NCBI GenBank assembly: GCA_001817065.1
Contig: MHHQ01000015.1
Location: 1,017-65,016 of the forward strand
Length of the DNA stretch: 64,000 nt
From: Candidatus Andersenbacteria bacterium RIFCSPHIGHO2_02_FULL_46_16
GTDB lineage: Bacteria > Patescibacteriota > Andersenbacteria > UBA10190
Direction of reading: 5' to 3'
Position numbers and translations under genes: made by a program. Position 1 is the stretch's first letter. Every line of letters starts with the position of its first letter. Below are positions 27,432-37,958 of the stretch, in pieces. The notes under the pieces were generated by a model. That model had not been told where the DNA came from. It saw only the letters and a program-made list of their open reading frames with translations, and searched no databases.

Positions 27432-28742
27432 ATGGAAAAGATTATTAATTTAGCGAAAAATCGAGGGTTTATATTTCCTGATTCGGAAATCTACGGTGGC
27501 TGGGCAAACTCATGGGACTTTGGGCCGTTAGGAGTGGAGCTAAAAAACAATATAAAACAAGCTTGGTGGAAGAGATTCGTGCAGGGGCGGCTAGATATGG
27601 TTGGTTTGGAAACAGCGATAATTATGAATCCAAAGGTATGGGAAGCCAGTGGGCACGTGGATGAATTTACTGATCCGTTAGTGGAGTGTAAGAAGTGTCA
27701 TCGCCGGTCGCGGGCGGATGAATTGGAGAAGGGTAACATGTGTCCGGACTGCGGTGAAAAGGACAGCTTGACTGTGCCGGCCAATTTTAATCTTTTATTT
27801 AAAACATTTGTTGGGCCAAAAGAGAATGATGCGGCTGTCGCCTACTTGCGGCCGGAAACTGCGCAGGGAATGTTTGTGGATTGGCCAGCGGTATTAGCAT
27901 CGACGCGAAAACGGTTGCCGTTTGGTATCGCACAAATTGGTAAAGCGTTTCGCAATGAAATTACGCCTGGTAATTATGTGTTTCGGACGCGTGAATTTGA
28001 ACAGATGGAGATTGAATATTTTATTGAACCGACCAACTGGGAAACAGAATTCGATAAATGGTTGAATGAGATGCGAAATTGGTTAACGTATTGCGGGATT
28101 GATAGCAAGCTAGTTCATGAAGTGGAAGTGGCGGAGGAGGACAGGGCTTTTTATTCCAAGCGGACAGTGGATATTGAGCTGGATTGGCCGTTTGGCCAGA
28201 AGGAGTTGTATGGTTTGGCTTATCGAGGCGATTGGGATTTGAGTATGCATGCGAAGCAGTCAGGTCGGGAAATGAATTATGCTGATACAAAAACTGGGCA
28301 AAAATTTATTCCGCACGTGATTGAGCCGACCTTTGGGGTAGAACGGACGGTATTGGCCATGCTGTTATCGGCTTACCGGGAGGAAGACGTGAGAGGTGAG
28401 AAGAGAGTGGTTTTAGGATTGCCGGCTTGGGCGGCACCCTATCAAGTGGCAGTTTTGCCACTATCCAGCAAACCAGAATTGATAGAAAAGTCACGTCGGT
28501 TAGCAGAAAGCCTGACGCAGAATAACCATTGCGATTTTGATACCACGCAGTCAATTGGCAAGCGTTACCGCAGACAAGATGAAATTGGAACTCCGTTTTG
28601 TGTAACGGTGGACTTTGACTCATTGGAGGATCATGCGGTAACTATTAGAGACCGCGATACGATGCAGCAGGAAAGAGTGGTGATGACAAGAGTAGAGGGT
28701 GTTTTGCGTGAGAGACTAAAGAACAAGGGCGGATTGAAATAA
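27432..28742 (+). CDS. glyQS: Glycyl-tRNA synthetase, alpha2 (archaeal/eukaryotic-like) type
   Basis: MEKIINLAKNRGFIFPDSEIYGGWANSWDFGPLGVELKNNIKQAWW is the hallmark N-terminus of class II alpha2 GlyRS; anticodon-binding C-terminal domain. Confidence 0.85.
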   Translation: MEKIINLAKNRGFIFPDSEIYGGWANSWDFGPLGVELKNNIKQAWWKRFVQGRLDMVGLETAIIMNPKVWEASGHVDEFTDPLVECKKCHRRSRADELEKGNMCPDCGEKDSLTVPANFNLLFKTFVGPKENDAAVAYLRPETAQGMFVDWPAVLASTRKRLPFGIAQIGKAFRNEITPGNYVFRTREFEQMEIEYFIEPTNWETEFDKWLNEMRNWLTYCGIDSKLVHEVEVAEEDRAFYSKRTVDIELDWPFGQKELYGLAYRGDWDLSMHAKQSGREMNYADTKTGQKFIPHVIEPTFGVERTVLAMLLSAYREEDVRGEKRVVLGLPAWAAPYQVAVLPLSSKPELIEKSRRLAESLTQNNHCDFDTTQSIGKRYRRQDEIGTPFCVTVDFDSLEDHAVTIRDRDTMQQERVVMTRVEGVLRERLKNKGGLK

Positions 28743-28784
28743 CGCTAGGATTTATAATTTACCGATTAATTTTTCATTTGTGAT

Positions 28785-30062
28785 ATGTCCTCATTTGTGG
28801 TGAAGGAAAAAGAATTACAGGAGGGATTAAAAGTCGTGCTGATACCGCGGCAAGAAGTGTTAACAGCGACGCTGTTGGTGCTAATTGGGGCAGGATCGCG
28901 TTATGAAACAGATAGACAGGCCGGTTTGTCTCATTTCCTGGAGCACATGTTTTTTAAAGGGACAAAAAATCGTCCGACAACGAAGGAAATTGCCGAGGCA
29001 ATTGATAACATCGGCGGGGAATTTAATGCCTTCACGGGTGAAGAATATACGGGCTTTTATGTTAAAGTGGCAGCCTCGCAATTATTGACGGGCATGGATG
29101 TGGTGGCTGACATTTTATTGAATCCATTATTCCCGGCAGAAGAGATTGAGCGAGAAAGAGGAGTAATTATTGAAGAGATAAGGATGTACACTGATGCACC
29201 GATGCATCATATTAGTCATTTGTGGCAGCAGGTGTTATTTGGCCGGCATCCATTAGGCCGAAGAATTGATGGATCGATTGAGACGGTATCAAAATTTAAG
29301 CGCAATGATTTTATTAAATACACAAAACAACATTACCATACGAGGAATGCTGTGGTGGCAGTGGCTGGTAATTATGATGAAGCAAAAGTAGTTGGGTTAT
29401 TACAGGGTATGTTTGCTAAGCTGCCCGGCGGGAAGGAAACTGTGCCAAGACGAGCACCAGGAGTTTTACCGCAACATAAATTCATTAAAGAAGTACGGGA
29501 TAATATTGACCAAACTCATATGATTGTTGGCGTGCCGGGAGTACGGCTGGATGATGACAGGAGATTCGCGGCTAATCTGTTGGCTATAATTTTAGGCGGC
29601 GGGATGAGCAGTCGCTTATTCATATCGATACGAGAAAGACATGGGCTAGCGTACGCTGTGCATACGGGGGTGCAGGCGTATGTCGATGCAGGTGGGTTTG
29701 CTACCCAACTGGGTGTAAGAAGTGAAAAATCTGACCAGGCACTAATATTGGTTTTTGAGGAGTATGATCGCGTAATGAATGAGGCGGTACTGGAAAGTGA
29801 ACTTAAAAAGGCGAAAGAGATGATTAAAGGACGCTTGTTATTGGACCTAGAGGAGACTAATGCGTTAGCGCAGTTTGCCGGGGTGCAGGCATTGCTGCAA
29901 AAGAAAATTGAAACACCGGAGCAACTAATGAAAAATTATAATACAGTAAGTGCGGAGGAGATAAAGAAGCTGGCACAGGAGTTGTTAGTGCCTAGTAAGC
30001 GAGCGGTGGCTGTGCTTGGTCCAAACAAGTCTATCGAACGAGTGCAAAAAGTGTGGCACTAG
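28785..30062 (+). CDS. M16 family (insulinase/pitrilysin-like) zinc peptidase
   Basis: Inverted zinc-binding motif HFLEHMFFKGT (HxxEH) near the N-terminus. Confidence 0.8.
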   Translation: MSSFVVKEKELQEGLKVVLIPRQEVLTATLLVLIGAGSRYETDRQAGLSHFLEHMFFKGTKNRPTTKEIAEAIDNIGGEFNAFTGEEYTGFYVKVAASQLLTGMDVVADILLNPLFPAEEIERERGVIIEEIRMYTDAPMHHISHLWQQVLFGRHPLGRRIDGSIETVSKFKRNDFIKYTKQHYHTRNAVVAVAGNYDEAKVVGLLQGMFAKLPGGKETVPRRAPGVLPQHKFIKEVRDNIDQTHMIVGVPGVRLDDDRRFAANLLAIILGGGMSSRLFISIRERHGLAYAVHTGVQAYVDAGGFATQLGVRSEKSDQALILVFEEYDRVMNEAVLESELKKAKEMIKGRLLLDLEETNALAQFAGVQALLQKKIETPEQLMKNYNTVSAEEIKKLAQELLVPSKRAVAVLGPNKSIERVQKVWH

Positions 30063-30090
30063 CTAACCAATCAGCCATTAACGAAGGACA

Positions 30091-31173
30091 ATGTCGCGTC
30101 AAGTAAAGAGAGTAGGGTATAATAAAACTATGAGATTAAGTGCGATAAAAAAAATTGATATTACCTCCAGCACTATATTTAGAGTGTTGTTGATACTGTT
30201 AGGTTTCTGGTTCATCTATCGAATATTTGACATTGTTATTATGTTGTTTGCGGCTTTTATTGTTGCCTCGTTGGTGGAACCGATTGCTCGATATCTAGAC
30301 CGATGGAAAATACCGCGAGCGTTATCGGTCATCGTCTTTTATGTGCTGGTTTTGTTGATTTTGGCAGGATTAATCACATTGATTGTTGAGCCAGTGGTCA
30401 TCCAATCGCGTCAATTAGCGACAGTGGTACCGAGCGTCATTAACAGCCTAAATGAATTAACTCCCTTGATACCAAGGATTGAACATGCGGCATTGATTGA
30501 TTCCATTCAGTCTGGACTACTTAATTTTGGGGATAATATTGCTAATCTCAGTTGGAATGTCTTTACTGGGACCAGGTCAGTGATTGCTGGTTTTGTTAGT
30601 TTCCTGTTTGTGTTTGTGATAGCCTTGTATCTGGTGGTAGAACGGGATGCTCTGAAAAAAATGGCGAAATTGTTGACCCCAACTGAGCACTATTCGTATG
30701 TGGCGCGCATGATAGAGCGAGCGCAGAAAAGCGTGGGGCGGTGGGTAGTGGGGCAGATTGTGTTAGGCTTGATGGTTGGATTATTAGTGGGTGTTAGTAT
30801 GTGGCTGATTGGTGTGCCATATGCGTTATTGCTGGGAATTTTAGCTGGTGTGCTGGAGATTGTGCCTGCCATTGGTCCATTGATTGCGGCAACACCAGGC
30901 GTGCTAGTCGCTTTAACTCAAGGTTGGGCGATGGGTTTAACCGCATTTGTCGTATATGTCATTATTGGGCAAGTAGAAAGTCATGTCTTAATACCTAATG
31001 TGATGCGCCGGGCGGTTGGTTTGCCTCCCCTGGTGACAATTATTGCCGTAATCATCGGGGCGAGACTATTGGGTGTATTAGGTATAATTCTGGCGGTACC
31101 AGCAGCGACAATTATTGCGATTTTTTTGTCTGATATTGCCCGAGCAGATGGTGCGGAAGAGTTGAGTGGATAA
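30091..31173 (+). CDS. AI-2E family (PerM/UPF0118) membrane transporter
   Basis: About 350 aa with about 8 TM helices; ARYLDRWKIPRALSVIV segment typical of AI-2E proteins. Confidence 0.5.
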   Translation: MSRQVKRVGYNKTMRLSAIKKIDITSSTIFRVLLILLGFWFIYRIFDIVIMLFAAFIVASLVEPIARYLDRWKIPRALSVIVFYVLVLLILAGLITLIVEPVVIQSRQLATVVPSVINSLNELTPLIPRIEHAALIDSIQSGLLNFGDNIANLSWNVFTGTRSVIAGFVSFLFVFVIALYLVVERDALKKMAKLLTPTEHYSYVARMIERAQKSVGRWVVGQIVLGLMVGLLVGVSMWLIGVPYALLLGILAGVLEIVPAIGPLIAATPGVLVALTQGWAMGLTAFVVYVIIGQVESHVLIPNVMRRAVGLPPLVTIIAVIIGARLLGVLGIILAVPAATIIAIFLSDIARADGAEELSG

Positions 31174-31220
31174 AGAGGCAGAGCAATTTTAGCTGTTTCG
31201 GGGGAAAGGATTAACGCGTT

Positions 31221-31661
31221 TTAGATAATATTGGTGATTACGATAGAAATCAGAATGATTTGGGAGACAAGACCTAGGGGTATATTGGTTGTTTCCCACT
31301 GAATTTTGTCATGGAAGTGAAAAAGAGGGTAAATGTAGCGCCACCAGCCTTTAGTAGGTTTGCCGGTAAACGACCAGAAACTTTGCAGGATGTCTGGTAT
31401 ATTACCACCAAGGATGGCAGACAGAACGGGGAGAGTGAAGAATTGGTCACCGAGCAGGATAAAAGAGGCTAACAGACCGAGAGTGATATCTAAGCCAATC
31501 AGAAAGAAGGGGAAACGGTTATGCTGCGGCGGATAAATATTCCAATGCAATAAGCCGTCTAGGACAAGATGAAACAAAAAGGCCAGGAGAAAGATCAACC
31601 AGGGATTTTGAGGTAATAGACCGAAGGGAAGACTGATAATTGTATGGGCAAGTGAAAGCAT
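31221..31661 (-). CDS. Small polytopic membrane protein with several conserved His, possible DUF457-like membrane hydrolase
   Basis: ORF track; 4 predicted TM helices. Confidence 0.35.
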   Translation of the reverse strand: MLSLAHTIISLPFGLLPQNPWLIFLLAFLFHLVLDGLLHWNIYPPQHNRFPFFLIGLDITLGLLASFILLGDQFFTLPVLSAILGGNIPDILQSFWSFTGKPTKGWWRYIYPLFHFHDKIQWETTNIPLGLVSQIILISIVITNII

Positions 31662-31758
31662 AATAAATACTTAGCTATAAACAGAGTAATAATTTGATGG
31701 TTGAAATGACCATATATGATTTTAACAGGACTTTATAATTTTTGTATAGTAATGTCTG

Positions 31759-32559
31759 ATGGTGAAAATACCTATGTTTGATTCTCATGCACATGTAGCG
31801 TCTGGGCAGTTTGATCTGGACCGGCCAGCTGTTATAGAACGGGCGCGGGTAGCTGGTGTGGATGGTTGGTTAGAAGTGGCGAGTACTGCAGCTGGGAGTC
31901 GACGAGCAGTGGAGTTAGCAGAGCAGTTGGAAGGAACATTAGCTACGGTGGGGGTGCATCCGGAAGAGATTAATGCGATGCAAGAGGAGGATTGGCAGTT
32001 ATTAGACGAATTAGCGGGGAGTGAAAAAGTAGTGGCTATTGGCGAGGTTGGTTTAGATTTTCATCGCGAGGGAACTTATGAGAAACAAATCGAGTACGTG
32101 AAGAAATTTGTTGATTTAGCGATTAAACATAACAAGCCTATCATCTGGCACATCAGGAGCAGCCAGCAGCTAGATGCTAACGAATTATTACTTGATTACT
32201 TGCGGCATTGCCCATTGCCTGGCCGCCTGCGCGGAATTGCGCATACTTTCAGCGGGACGGTAGAGCAAGCGCAACGATACGTGGAGTTGGGGATGTATCT
32301 TGGTATATCGGGTGTGGTGACTTTTAAGAACGCGGGAGTTTTATTGGATGTAGTAAAAGCAATTGACTTAGAGTATTTATTAATTGAGACGGATAGCCCT
32401 TACTTAGCGCCTGATCCGTATCGAGGACAGCGGAATGAGCCAGCGTATGTGAGGTTTGTTGCGCAAAAGGTTGCACAGCTAAAAGAAGTAACTATTAAAG
32501 AAGTGGAAAAAGTCACATACTGCAATTGGCAAAAATTGATAGTTAGTCAAAAGGTTTAA
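31759..32559 (+). CDS. tatD: TatD family metal-dependent deoxyribonuclease/hydrolase
   Basis: MFDSHAHV start and GEVGLDFHR motif. Confidence 0.85.
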   Translation: MVKIPMFDSHAHVASGQFDLDRPAVIERARVAGVDGWLEVASTAAGSRRAVELAEQLEGTLATVGVHPEEINAMQEEDWQLLDELAGSEKVVAIGEVGLDFHREGTYEKQIEYVKKFVDLAIKHNKPIIWHIRSSQQLDANELLLDYLRHCPLPGRLRGIAHTFSGTVEQAQRYVELGMYLGISGVVTFKNAGVLLDVVKAIDLEYLLIETDSPYLAPDPYRGQRNEPAYVRFVAQKVAQLKEVTIKEVEKVTYCNWQKLIVSQKV

Positions 32560-32666
32560 TTGGGTGAACTTTTGAGAAGATGGGTTTTCAGATGAGATAA
32601 ATCTGCTAAGGGTAGGCTGTGTTTAAGTCAGTAGCCGAAGAATTTGGGGTATAGTATAGTAGAGGA

Positions 32667-34004
32667 ATGAAGCGAACAAGATTAGAACGCAAGGAAGGCA
32701 ATGAATTGCGGACGACATGGTTAAGACAGGATGGACAAAAAACAATGCGTCCCTTGGCAGCCAGGAGCCGACCGAATGATTGGGACGGTTTTATTGGACA
32801 TAACCATATAATTGGTCAGGGAACTGGTTTGCGACAAGCAATTATACAAGGGACAGCAGGATCATTGATACTATGGGGTCCTCCCGGTATTGGTAAAACT
32901 ACTTTGGCGTATATTATCGCAAAGTATATGCAAGCTAAGGTGGAACGGATAAGTGCGGTGGCGGCGGGGGTTAAAGACTTGCGAGCGGTGATTGATCGGG
33001 CTAGCCAGTGGCAAAAGATTGGGCAGCGGACAGTTTTGTTGGTGGATGAAATACATCGTTTTAATAAAGCACAGCAAGATGTTTTATTGCCATATGTGGA
33101 AGAAGGCTTGCTCACGCTAATTGGCGCAACGACAGAAAATCCCTACTTTGAAGTCATCGCTGCTTTGGTGTCGCGAGCGGAAGTGGTGCGGTTAGAGCGA
33201 TTAACAGATGAAGATATTGGTCAAGTGATTGATCGGGTAATGAAAGGGGAAAAAGGTGCTAGGAAAATGAGAATTAGCACTAAAGCTAAACAGGCGCTGG
33301 TGATGATGGCTGGGGGAGACGCGAGGCGGGCACTGAATATTCTTGAACGTGCGGTGCTCAGTGGACGAGGGGCGTCCATTAGCCAAAAGGATATTGAGTC
33401 AGCCGCTCAACAGTCGGTAGTGCAATATGATAAGGCTGGTGAGACACACTACGATACAATATCCGCTTTCATAAAGAGCATGCGCGGATCAGATGTAGAC
33501 GCAGTTTTATTTTATTTATTTCGCATGATTATGGCGGGAGAAGATCCGAAATTTATTATGAGGCGCATGTTTATTTTTGCCTCGGAGGACATTGGCAATG
33601 CTGATCCGCATGCATTAATGGTAGTGGCTAGTGCGGCGCAGGCACTGCAGTGGGTGGGTTTACCGGAGGCCGAATATTCGTTAGCGCATGCAGCTTGTTA
33701 TTTAGCAGCAGCACCGAAAAGCAATAAAGTTAAAATTGCCATAGAAAGGGTTAAAGAAGACGTGATGCGTTATGGCAACGCAACACCGCCCGGACATATC
33801 ACTAACGCGCCTGTGGAGGGAATGAAGCAGCATGGCAAAGGTGTTGGTTATTTATATCCACATGATTGGTCGGAGGGATTAGTGAAGCAGCAGTATCGGC
33901 CTGACATGATACAAGGACACGTGTATTATGAGCCAGGAACAAATGGATTTGAGAAAGAAGTGAAGAGGAGAGTGGAGAAGGCGAGGGGGATAATTTTTGG
34001 CTAA
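32667..34004 (+). CDS. rarA: Replication-associated recombination protein A (AAA+ ATPase RarA/MgsA)
   Basis: Walker A LILWGPPGIGKTTLA, DEIHRFNKAQQD, and C-terminal MgsA-specific HYDTISAFIKSMRGSDVDAVLFYL. Confidence 0.85.
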   Translation: MKRTRLERKEGNELRTTWLRQDGQKTMRPLAARSRPNDWDGFIGHNHIIGQGTGLRQAIIQGTAGSLILWGPPGIGKTTLAYIIAKYMQAKVERISAVAAGVKDLRAVIDRASQWQKIGQRTVLLVDEIHRFNKAQQDVLLPYVEEGLLTLIGATTENPYFEVIAALVSRAEVVRLERLTDEDIGQVIDRVMKGEKGARKMRISTKAKQALVMMAGGDARRALNILERAVLSGRGASISQKDIESAAQQSVVQYDKAGETHYDTISAFIKSMRGSDVDAVLFYLFRMIMAGEDPKFIMRRMFIFASEDIGNADPHALMVVASAAQALQWVGLPEAEYSLAHAACYLAAAPKSNKVKIAIERVKEDVMRYGNATPPGHITNAPVEGMKQHGKGVGYLYPHDWSEGLVKQQYRPDMIQGHVYYEPGTNGFEKEVKRRVEKARGIIFG

Positions 34005-34029
34005 ACATGCCAAAACACAAATTACAAAA

Positions 34030-34460
34030 CACAAATAAAGCACAGTACATAAAATACAAACAAAACAACGAATGACCAAATCCTAAATCCTAAAAGAGTG
34101 AAGTGTTAAGAAATCCAAATGTCAAAATCCAAATGTCAATTCAATGGCAAATGTCAAATTTTTACAATTTACAATTTTTCCCTAAGGGATCCTTTCGGGA
34201 CAACTTTCAAATAAATATCAATGCTTCAATTTTCAAACAGCGAAATATGAAATCCTAAATCCTAAACTGGAGAAATCCGAAACAAATAGAATTGTTAAAA
34301 AATCCAAATGCCAAAATCCAAATGCCAATTCAATGACAAATGTCAAAATTATAAATAAATCCTAAAACCTTAAATCCTAAACAAATCAGAATAACGAAAA
34401 ACTAAAAACGAAGAACGTAAAACAACAATGCAAAATTGAAAACCCCCTGCTACGTTCTAA
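34030..34460. repeat. A-rich low-complexity mosaic repeat region (AAATCCNAAAT / CAAATGTC units) with an internal ~170-bp duplication
   Basis: 34079-34145 and 34248-34340 are imperfect duplicates; related blocks at 41464-41620, 42655-42900, 45690-45810, 52930-53170 and 55890-56010. Confidence 0.7.
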
Positions 34461-34526
34461 GGAAACCGGGAGGTTTGTTTTAGCATTTATTATATAATAG
34501 GGTTAACTAAGCTTTTTATTTTATGA

Positions 34527-34555
34527 TTGACAGAAGAGGTTATTGGTGCTAGGAT
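34527..34555 (+). promoter_or_regulatory. Sigma70-like promoter TTGACA-17-TAGGAT
   Basis: Consensus -35 hexamer and acceptable -10 hexamer about 115 nt upstream of ATG 34673. Confidence 0.4.
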
Positions 34556-34672
34556 ATTTTGTTCAGTTAGCTCGGTTTGTACGTTTTAGTTAAATCCTCA
34601 TTAACGAGGAAACCCTTGATCCTTGGGTTTAGGGATGAGTTTTTGGGTGAAACAAGCCTAAAGGAGAGTGTG

Positions 34673-35152
34673 ATGTCTGCTGTATGTAAATTAGTTCTCG
34701 ACTGCACCAAACCGTTTGATCCCGTTTCTTTTATGGGCAAAGGTTGGAAGGAATTGGAGAGAGACGAGCGCGCGTATGCCATGACCCAGGTCGACTTCTC
34801 CAAGTGTCAGTTCCTGACCTGTCTTAAAGAAGGAGAGGATTACTTCGCAGGAGAAGAGAAGCTGCGCCGGCTCAAGGATGATTATCCCCAACTCATCCGC
34901 CACGGCGGTAACCAGTTTCTAGCCTTGTGGGAGGACTATAAACAGAACGGCGACAACAGCGTGTTGGAGCATTTACGTCTGACCCAAGGTATTACCTATG
35001 TGGACTTCCCCGGCCTGATTCTGCAGAGCCCGTTCGGCGGTCGGGATGTGTTGTGTTTGTACTGGGATGGCGATCACTGGCATTGGGATTACTACTGGCT
35101 TGGTAGCGGGTGGGATGGCCGGGGTCGGTCGTCTGTTTCTTCCGCAAGTTAG
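34673..35152 (+). CDS. Hypothetical protein (160 aa, Trp/Asp-rich C-terminus)
   Basis: SD AAAGGAGAG before ATG 34673; ORF track frame 34577-35152; terminator at 35278-35310. Confidence 0.5.
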   Translation: MSAVCKLVLDCTKPFDPVSFMGKGWKELERDERAYAMTQVDFSKCQFLTCLKEGEDYFAGEEKLRRLKDDYPQLIRHGGNQFLALWEDYKQNGDNSVLEHLRLTQGITYVDFPGLILQSPFGGRDVLCLYWDGDHWHWDYYWLGSGWDGRGRSSVSSAS

Positions 35153-35277
35153 TCTTTGGTACTGGATCCTTAAGCTCTGTCCCTGGGAAATTTTGTTCTT
35201 CGTCCTTCGATAAACTCAGGATAAACCCTTCGAGTTCGCTCAGCTCTTCGACTCGGCTCAGAGTTTCGCTGCGGCTC

Positions 35278-35310
35278 AGCCCTTCGCAATGCGTTGGGCT
35301 TTTTTCTTTT
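35278..35310 (+). terminator. Rho-independent terminator
   Basis: agccc...gggct hairpin followed by tttttctttt. Confidence 0.55.
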
Positions 35311-35429
35311 ATGATCTTTGATTATCTCAAATAACATGTTTTAAGAGACGCAAGAAATTACTTCAGTAAGGGGTTTTGTGGGTTATTATGGCTTTAGTAT
35401 ATAGTGGAGTGGTAGTTATTATGTGATAT

Positions 35430-37958
35430 ATGAATGAATACGATAGCCAGAGTGTTGAAGCTAAATGGCAAAAACGGTGGGAAGAGGAGAGGTTATTTGC
35501 GCCACGGGAGGAAACAACGGGGCGGAAGATGTATGTGTTGGACATGTTTCCATATCCGTCGGGGGATGGATTGCACGTCGGGCACGTGAAGATTTATACG
35601 GCAGCTGATGTCGTATCGAGATATTTGCGTATGAAAGGCATGAATGTTCTGCATCCGACAGGCTGGGACGCATTTGGGTTACCGACAGAAAACACAGCCA
35701 TAAAAAAGAAAGTTCATCCGGCTGATTTAACCAAACAAAATATTGAGCGGTTTAAAAAGCAGATGCAAGCGGTGGGTTACTCATATGACTGGGATCGTGA
35801 GATCAATACTTCGGATCCTGATTACTATCGTTGGACGCAATGGATTTTCATCAAATTGTTCAATATGGGTTTGGCTTACGAGGCGACTATACCGATAAAC
35901 TGGTGCCCGAGCTGCAAAACAGGACTGGCTAATGAAGAGGTGGAGGATGGTAATTGTGAGCGATGCGGGACAGTGGTAGTAAAGAAACCGATCAGACAGT
36001 GGATGTTGAAAATTACAAAATATGCCGATCGTTTATTACAGGGTCTGGATGGATTGGATTGGCCGAAGGCTGTGCCGGAGATGCAACGGAATTGGATTGG
36101 GCGGAGCGAGGGAGCAGAAGTTGATTTTAAAGTTGAAGGCACCAGAGAAGCGATCAAAGTGTTTACGACGCGCCTGGATACTATTTATGGCACAACTTAT
36201 TTGGTTTTAGCGCCAGAGCATGAATTAGTACTGAAGCTAGTGAATGGTCAAATGGACGGGGTGGTATTGGGTAACAAAGATGAGGTACAAGCTTATGTAA
36301 TGCAGGTTAAAGATAGAAGCGATCGAGACAGGGTGGCAGATAGCGAGATAAAGTCGGGGGTGGAAATGAAAGGTTTGATGGTAAGTAATCCAGTTAATCG
36401 CCAGCTCATACCAGTGTGGGTCGCTGATTATGTGTTGGGTAGTTATGGGACGGGAGCGGTAATGGCGGTGCCAGCGCATGACGAACGGGACTTTATGTTT
36501 GCGAAACAGCATCAGTTGCCGATATTACAGGTAATACAACCTAAAATCGCCAAGGGTAATGCCCAACTGCCTTATACTGGTGAAGGAGTGTTGATAAACG
36601 CGGACGAACAGAGCGGGTTGAAAAGCGAGGTGGCGAGAGAAACACTCGTAAAAGTACTGCAACTGAAGGGTGAGGGGAGGAAGAAGGTTAATTATTTCCT
36701 CCGTGATTGGGTTTTTTCTCGTCAGAGATATTGGGGAGAACCAATTCCCATTATTCATTGTGAAGAATGCGGAGCGGTGCCGGTACCGGAGGAAGATTTA
36801 CCAGTGAGGCTGCCAGATATCAAAGAGTATGAACCGACGGGAACAGGAGAGTCTCCTTTGGCTTCCGCGGCAGATTGGATTGAAGTTAAATGTCCAAATT
36901 GCCCGCGCATAGGTAAAAGAGAAACAAATACTATGCCCCAATGGGCGGGATCTAGCTGGTATTGGTTGCGGTACTTGGACCCAACGAATCGAGAAGAGTT
37001 AGCTAGTCGGGAGATTATGGACAAATGGTTGCCGGTTGACTTGTATGTGGGGGGTGCAGAGCATGCGGTTTTGCATTTGTTGTATGCTCGTTTTTGGAAT
37101 ATGGCTTTGTTTGATCAGGGGGTCGTGGCGCACGAGGAGCCGTTCACCCGTTTTCGAGCCGTCGGTTTATTACTAGGTGAAGATGGACAGAAGATGAGCA
37201 AGTCGCGGGGGAATGTTATCAATCCTGATACTGTGATTAGCCGGGTGGGGGCGGATGCGCTGCGAGTTTATGTCATGTTTATGGGTCCGTTTAGCAACGC
37301 TATGCCATGGAGCGAAACAAGTTTAATTGGAGTAAGCCGGTTTTTGCGGCGTGTGTGGAAAAGAGTTGGTTCATTGATTGATAAATTGTCAGAACAGGAT
37401 TCCGCTGACATGAGTTATGTGTTGCACGACACGATAAAGCGGGTATCAGAAGGCATTGAGCAGTTTAAATTTAATACTGCGGTGGCGGCATTAATGGAGA
37501 TGTTGAATAAACTTGAGGAGGGAGAAGGGGTATCGCGCAGTACGCTTGAAGCTTTTGTTTTGATGTTAGCGCCACTGGCACCGCATATGGCGGAGGAGCT
37601 TTGGGAGCAGCTGGGACATCCCGAGTCTTTAATATATCGCGCTTGGCCAAAGTTGAATCAAAGTATTCTGGCAGCAGCGGTTAAGCGTATAGCAGTGCAA
37701 GTGAATGGCAAAGTGAGAGGGGAGATTGATATGGTGCCAGGGATGGCGCAAAGCAAAGCAGAAGAGTTGGCCCGGTTGGAGAAAAACGTCGCCAAATATT
37801 TAGGGGCCAGCATCGTGAAGAAGGTTGTTTATGTGGAAGGGCGCATGTTGAATTTTGTAGTCGAAAATGGAGAAAATCCGAAAGACGAAACTAAAGAAGT
37901 CCCTGCCTACCGGCAGGCAGGCGAAACAAATCCGAAATCTGAAATTTCTAAATTCTGA
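35430..37958 (+). CDS. leuS: Leucyl-tRNA synthetase
   Basis: YPSGDGLHVGHV (HIGH motif), KMSKSRGN (KMSKS motif) and a CP1 editing domain; the last ~30 codons are supplied by an intergenic-type repeat. Confidence 0.9.
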   Translation: MNEYDSQSVEAKWQKRWEEERLFAPREETTGRKMYVLDMFPYPSGDGLHVGHVKIYTAADVVSRYLRMKGMNVLHPTGWDAFGLPTENTAIKKKVHPADLTKQNIERFKKQMQAVGYSYDWDREINTSDPDYYRWTQWIFIKLFNMGLAYEATIPINWCPSCKTGLANEEVEDGNCERCGTVVVKKPIRQWMLKITKYADRLLQGLDGLDWPKAVPEMQRNWIGRSEGAEVDFKVEGTREAIKVFTTRLDTIYGTTYLVLAPEHELVLKLVNGQMDGVVLGNKDEVQAYVMQVKDRSDRDRVADSEIKSGVEMKGLMVSNPVNRQLIPVWVADYVLGSYGTGAVMAVPAHDERDFMFAKQHQLPILQVIQPKIAKGNAQLPYTGEGVLINADEQSGLKSEVARETLVKVLQLKGEGRKKVNYFLRDWVFSRQRYWGEPIPIIHCEECGAVPVPEEDLPVRLPDIKEYEPTGTGESPLASAADWIEVKCPNCPRIGKRETNTMPQWAGSSWYWLRYLDPTNREELASREIMDKWLPVDLYVGGAEHAVLHLLYARFWNMALFDQGVVAHEEPFTRFRAVGLLLGEDGQKMSKSRGNVINPDTVISRVGADALRVYVMFMGPFSNAMPWSETSLIGVSRFLRRVWKRVGSLIDKLSEQDSADMSYVLHDTIKRVSEGIEQFKFNTAVAALMEMLNKLEEGEGVSRSTLEAFVLMLAPLAPHMAEELWEQLGHPESLIYRAWPKLNQSILAAAVKRIAVQVNGKVRGEIDMVPGMAQSKAEELARLEKNVAKYLGASIVKKVVYVEGRMLNFVVENGENPKDETKEVPAYRQAGETNPKSEISKF
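37873..37957. repeat. A-rich mosaic repeat containing palindrome cctgcctaccggcaggcagg, copy 1 (forms the leuS 3' end)
   Basis: About 45 bp (gaaactaaagaagtccctgcctaccggcaggcaggc) shared with 41502-41544. Confidence 0.7.
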
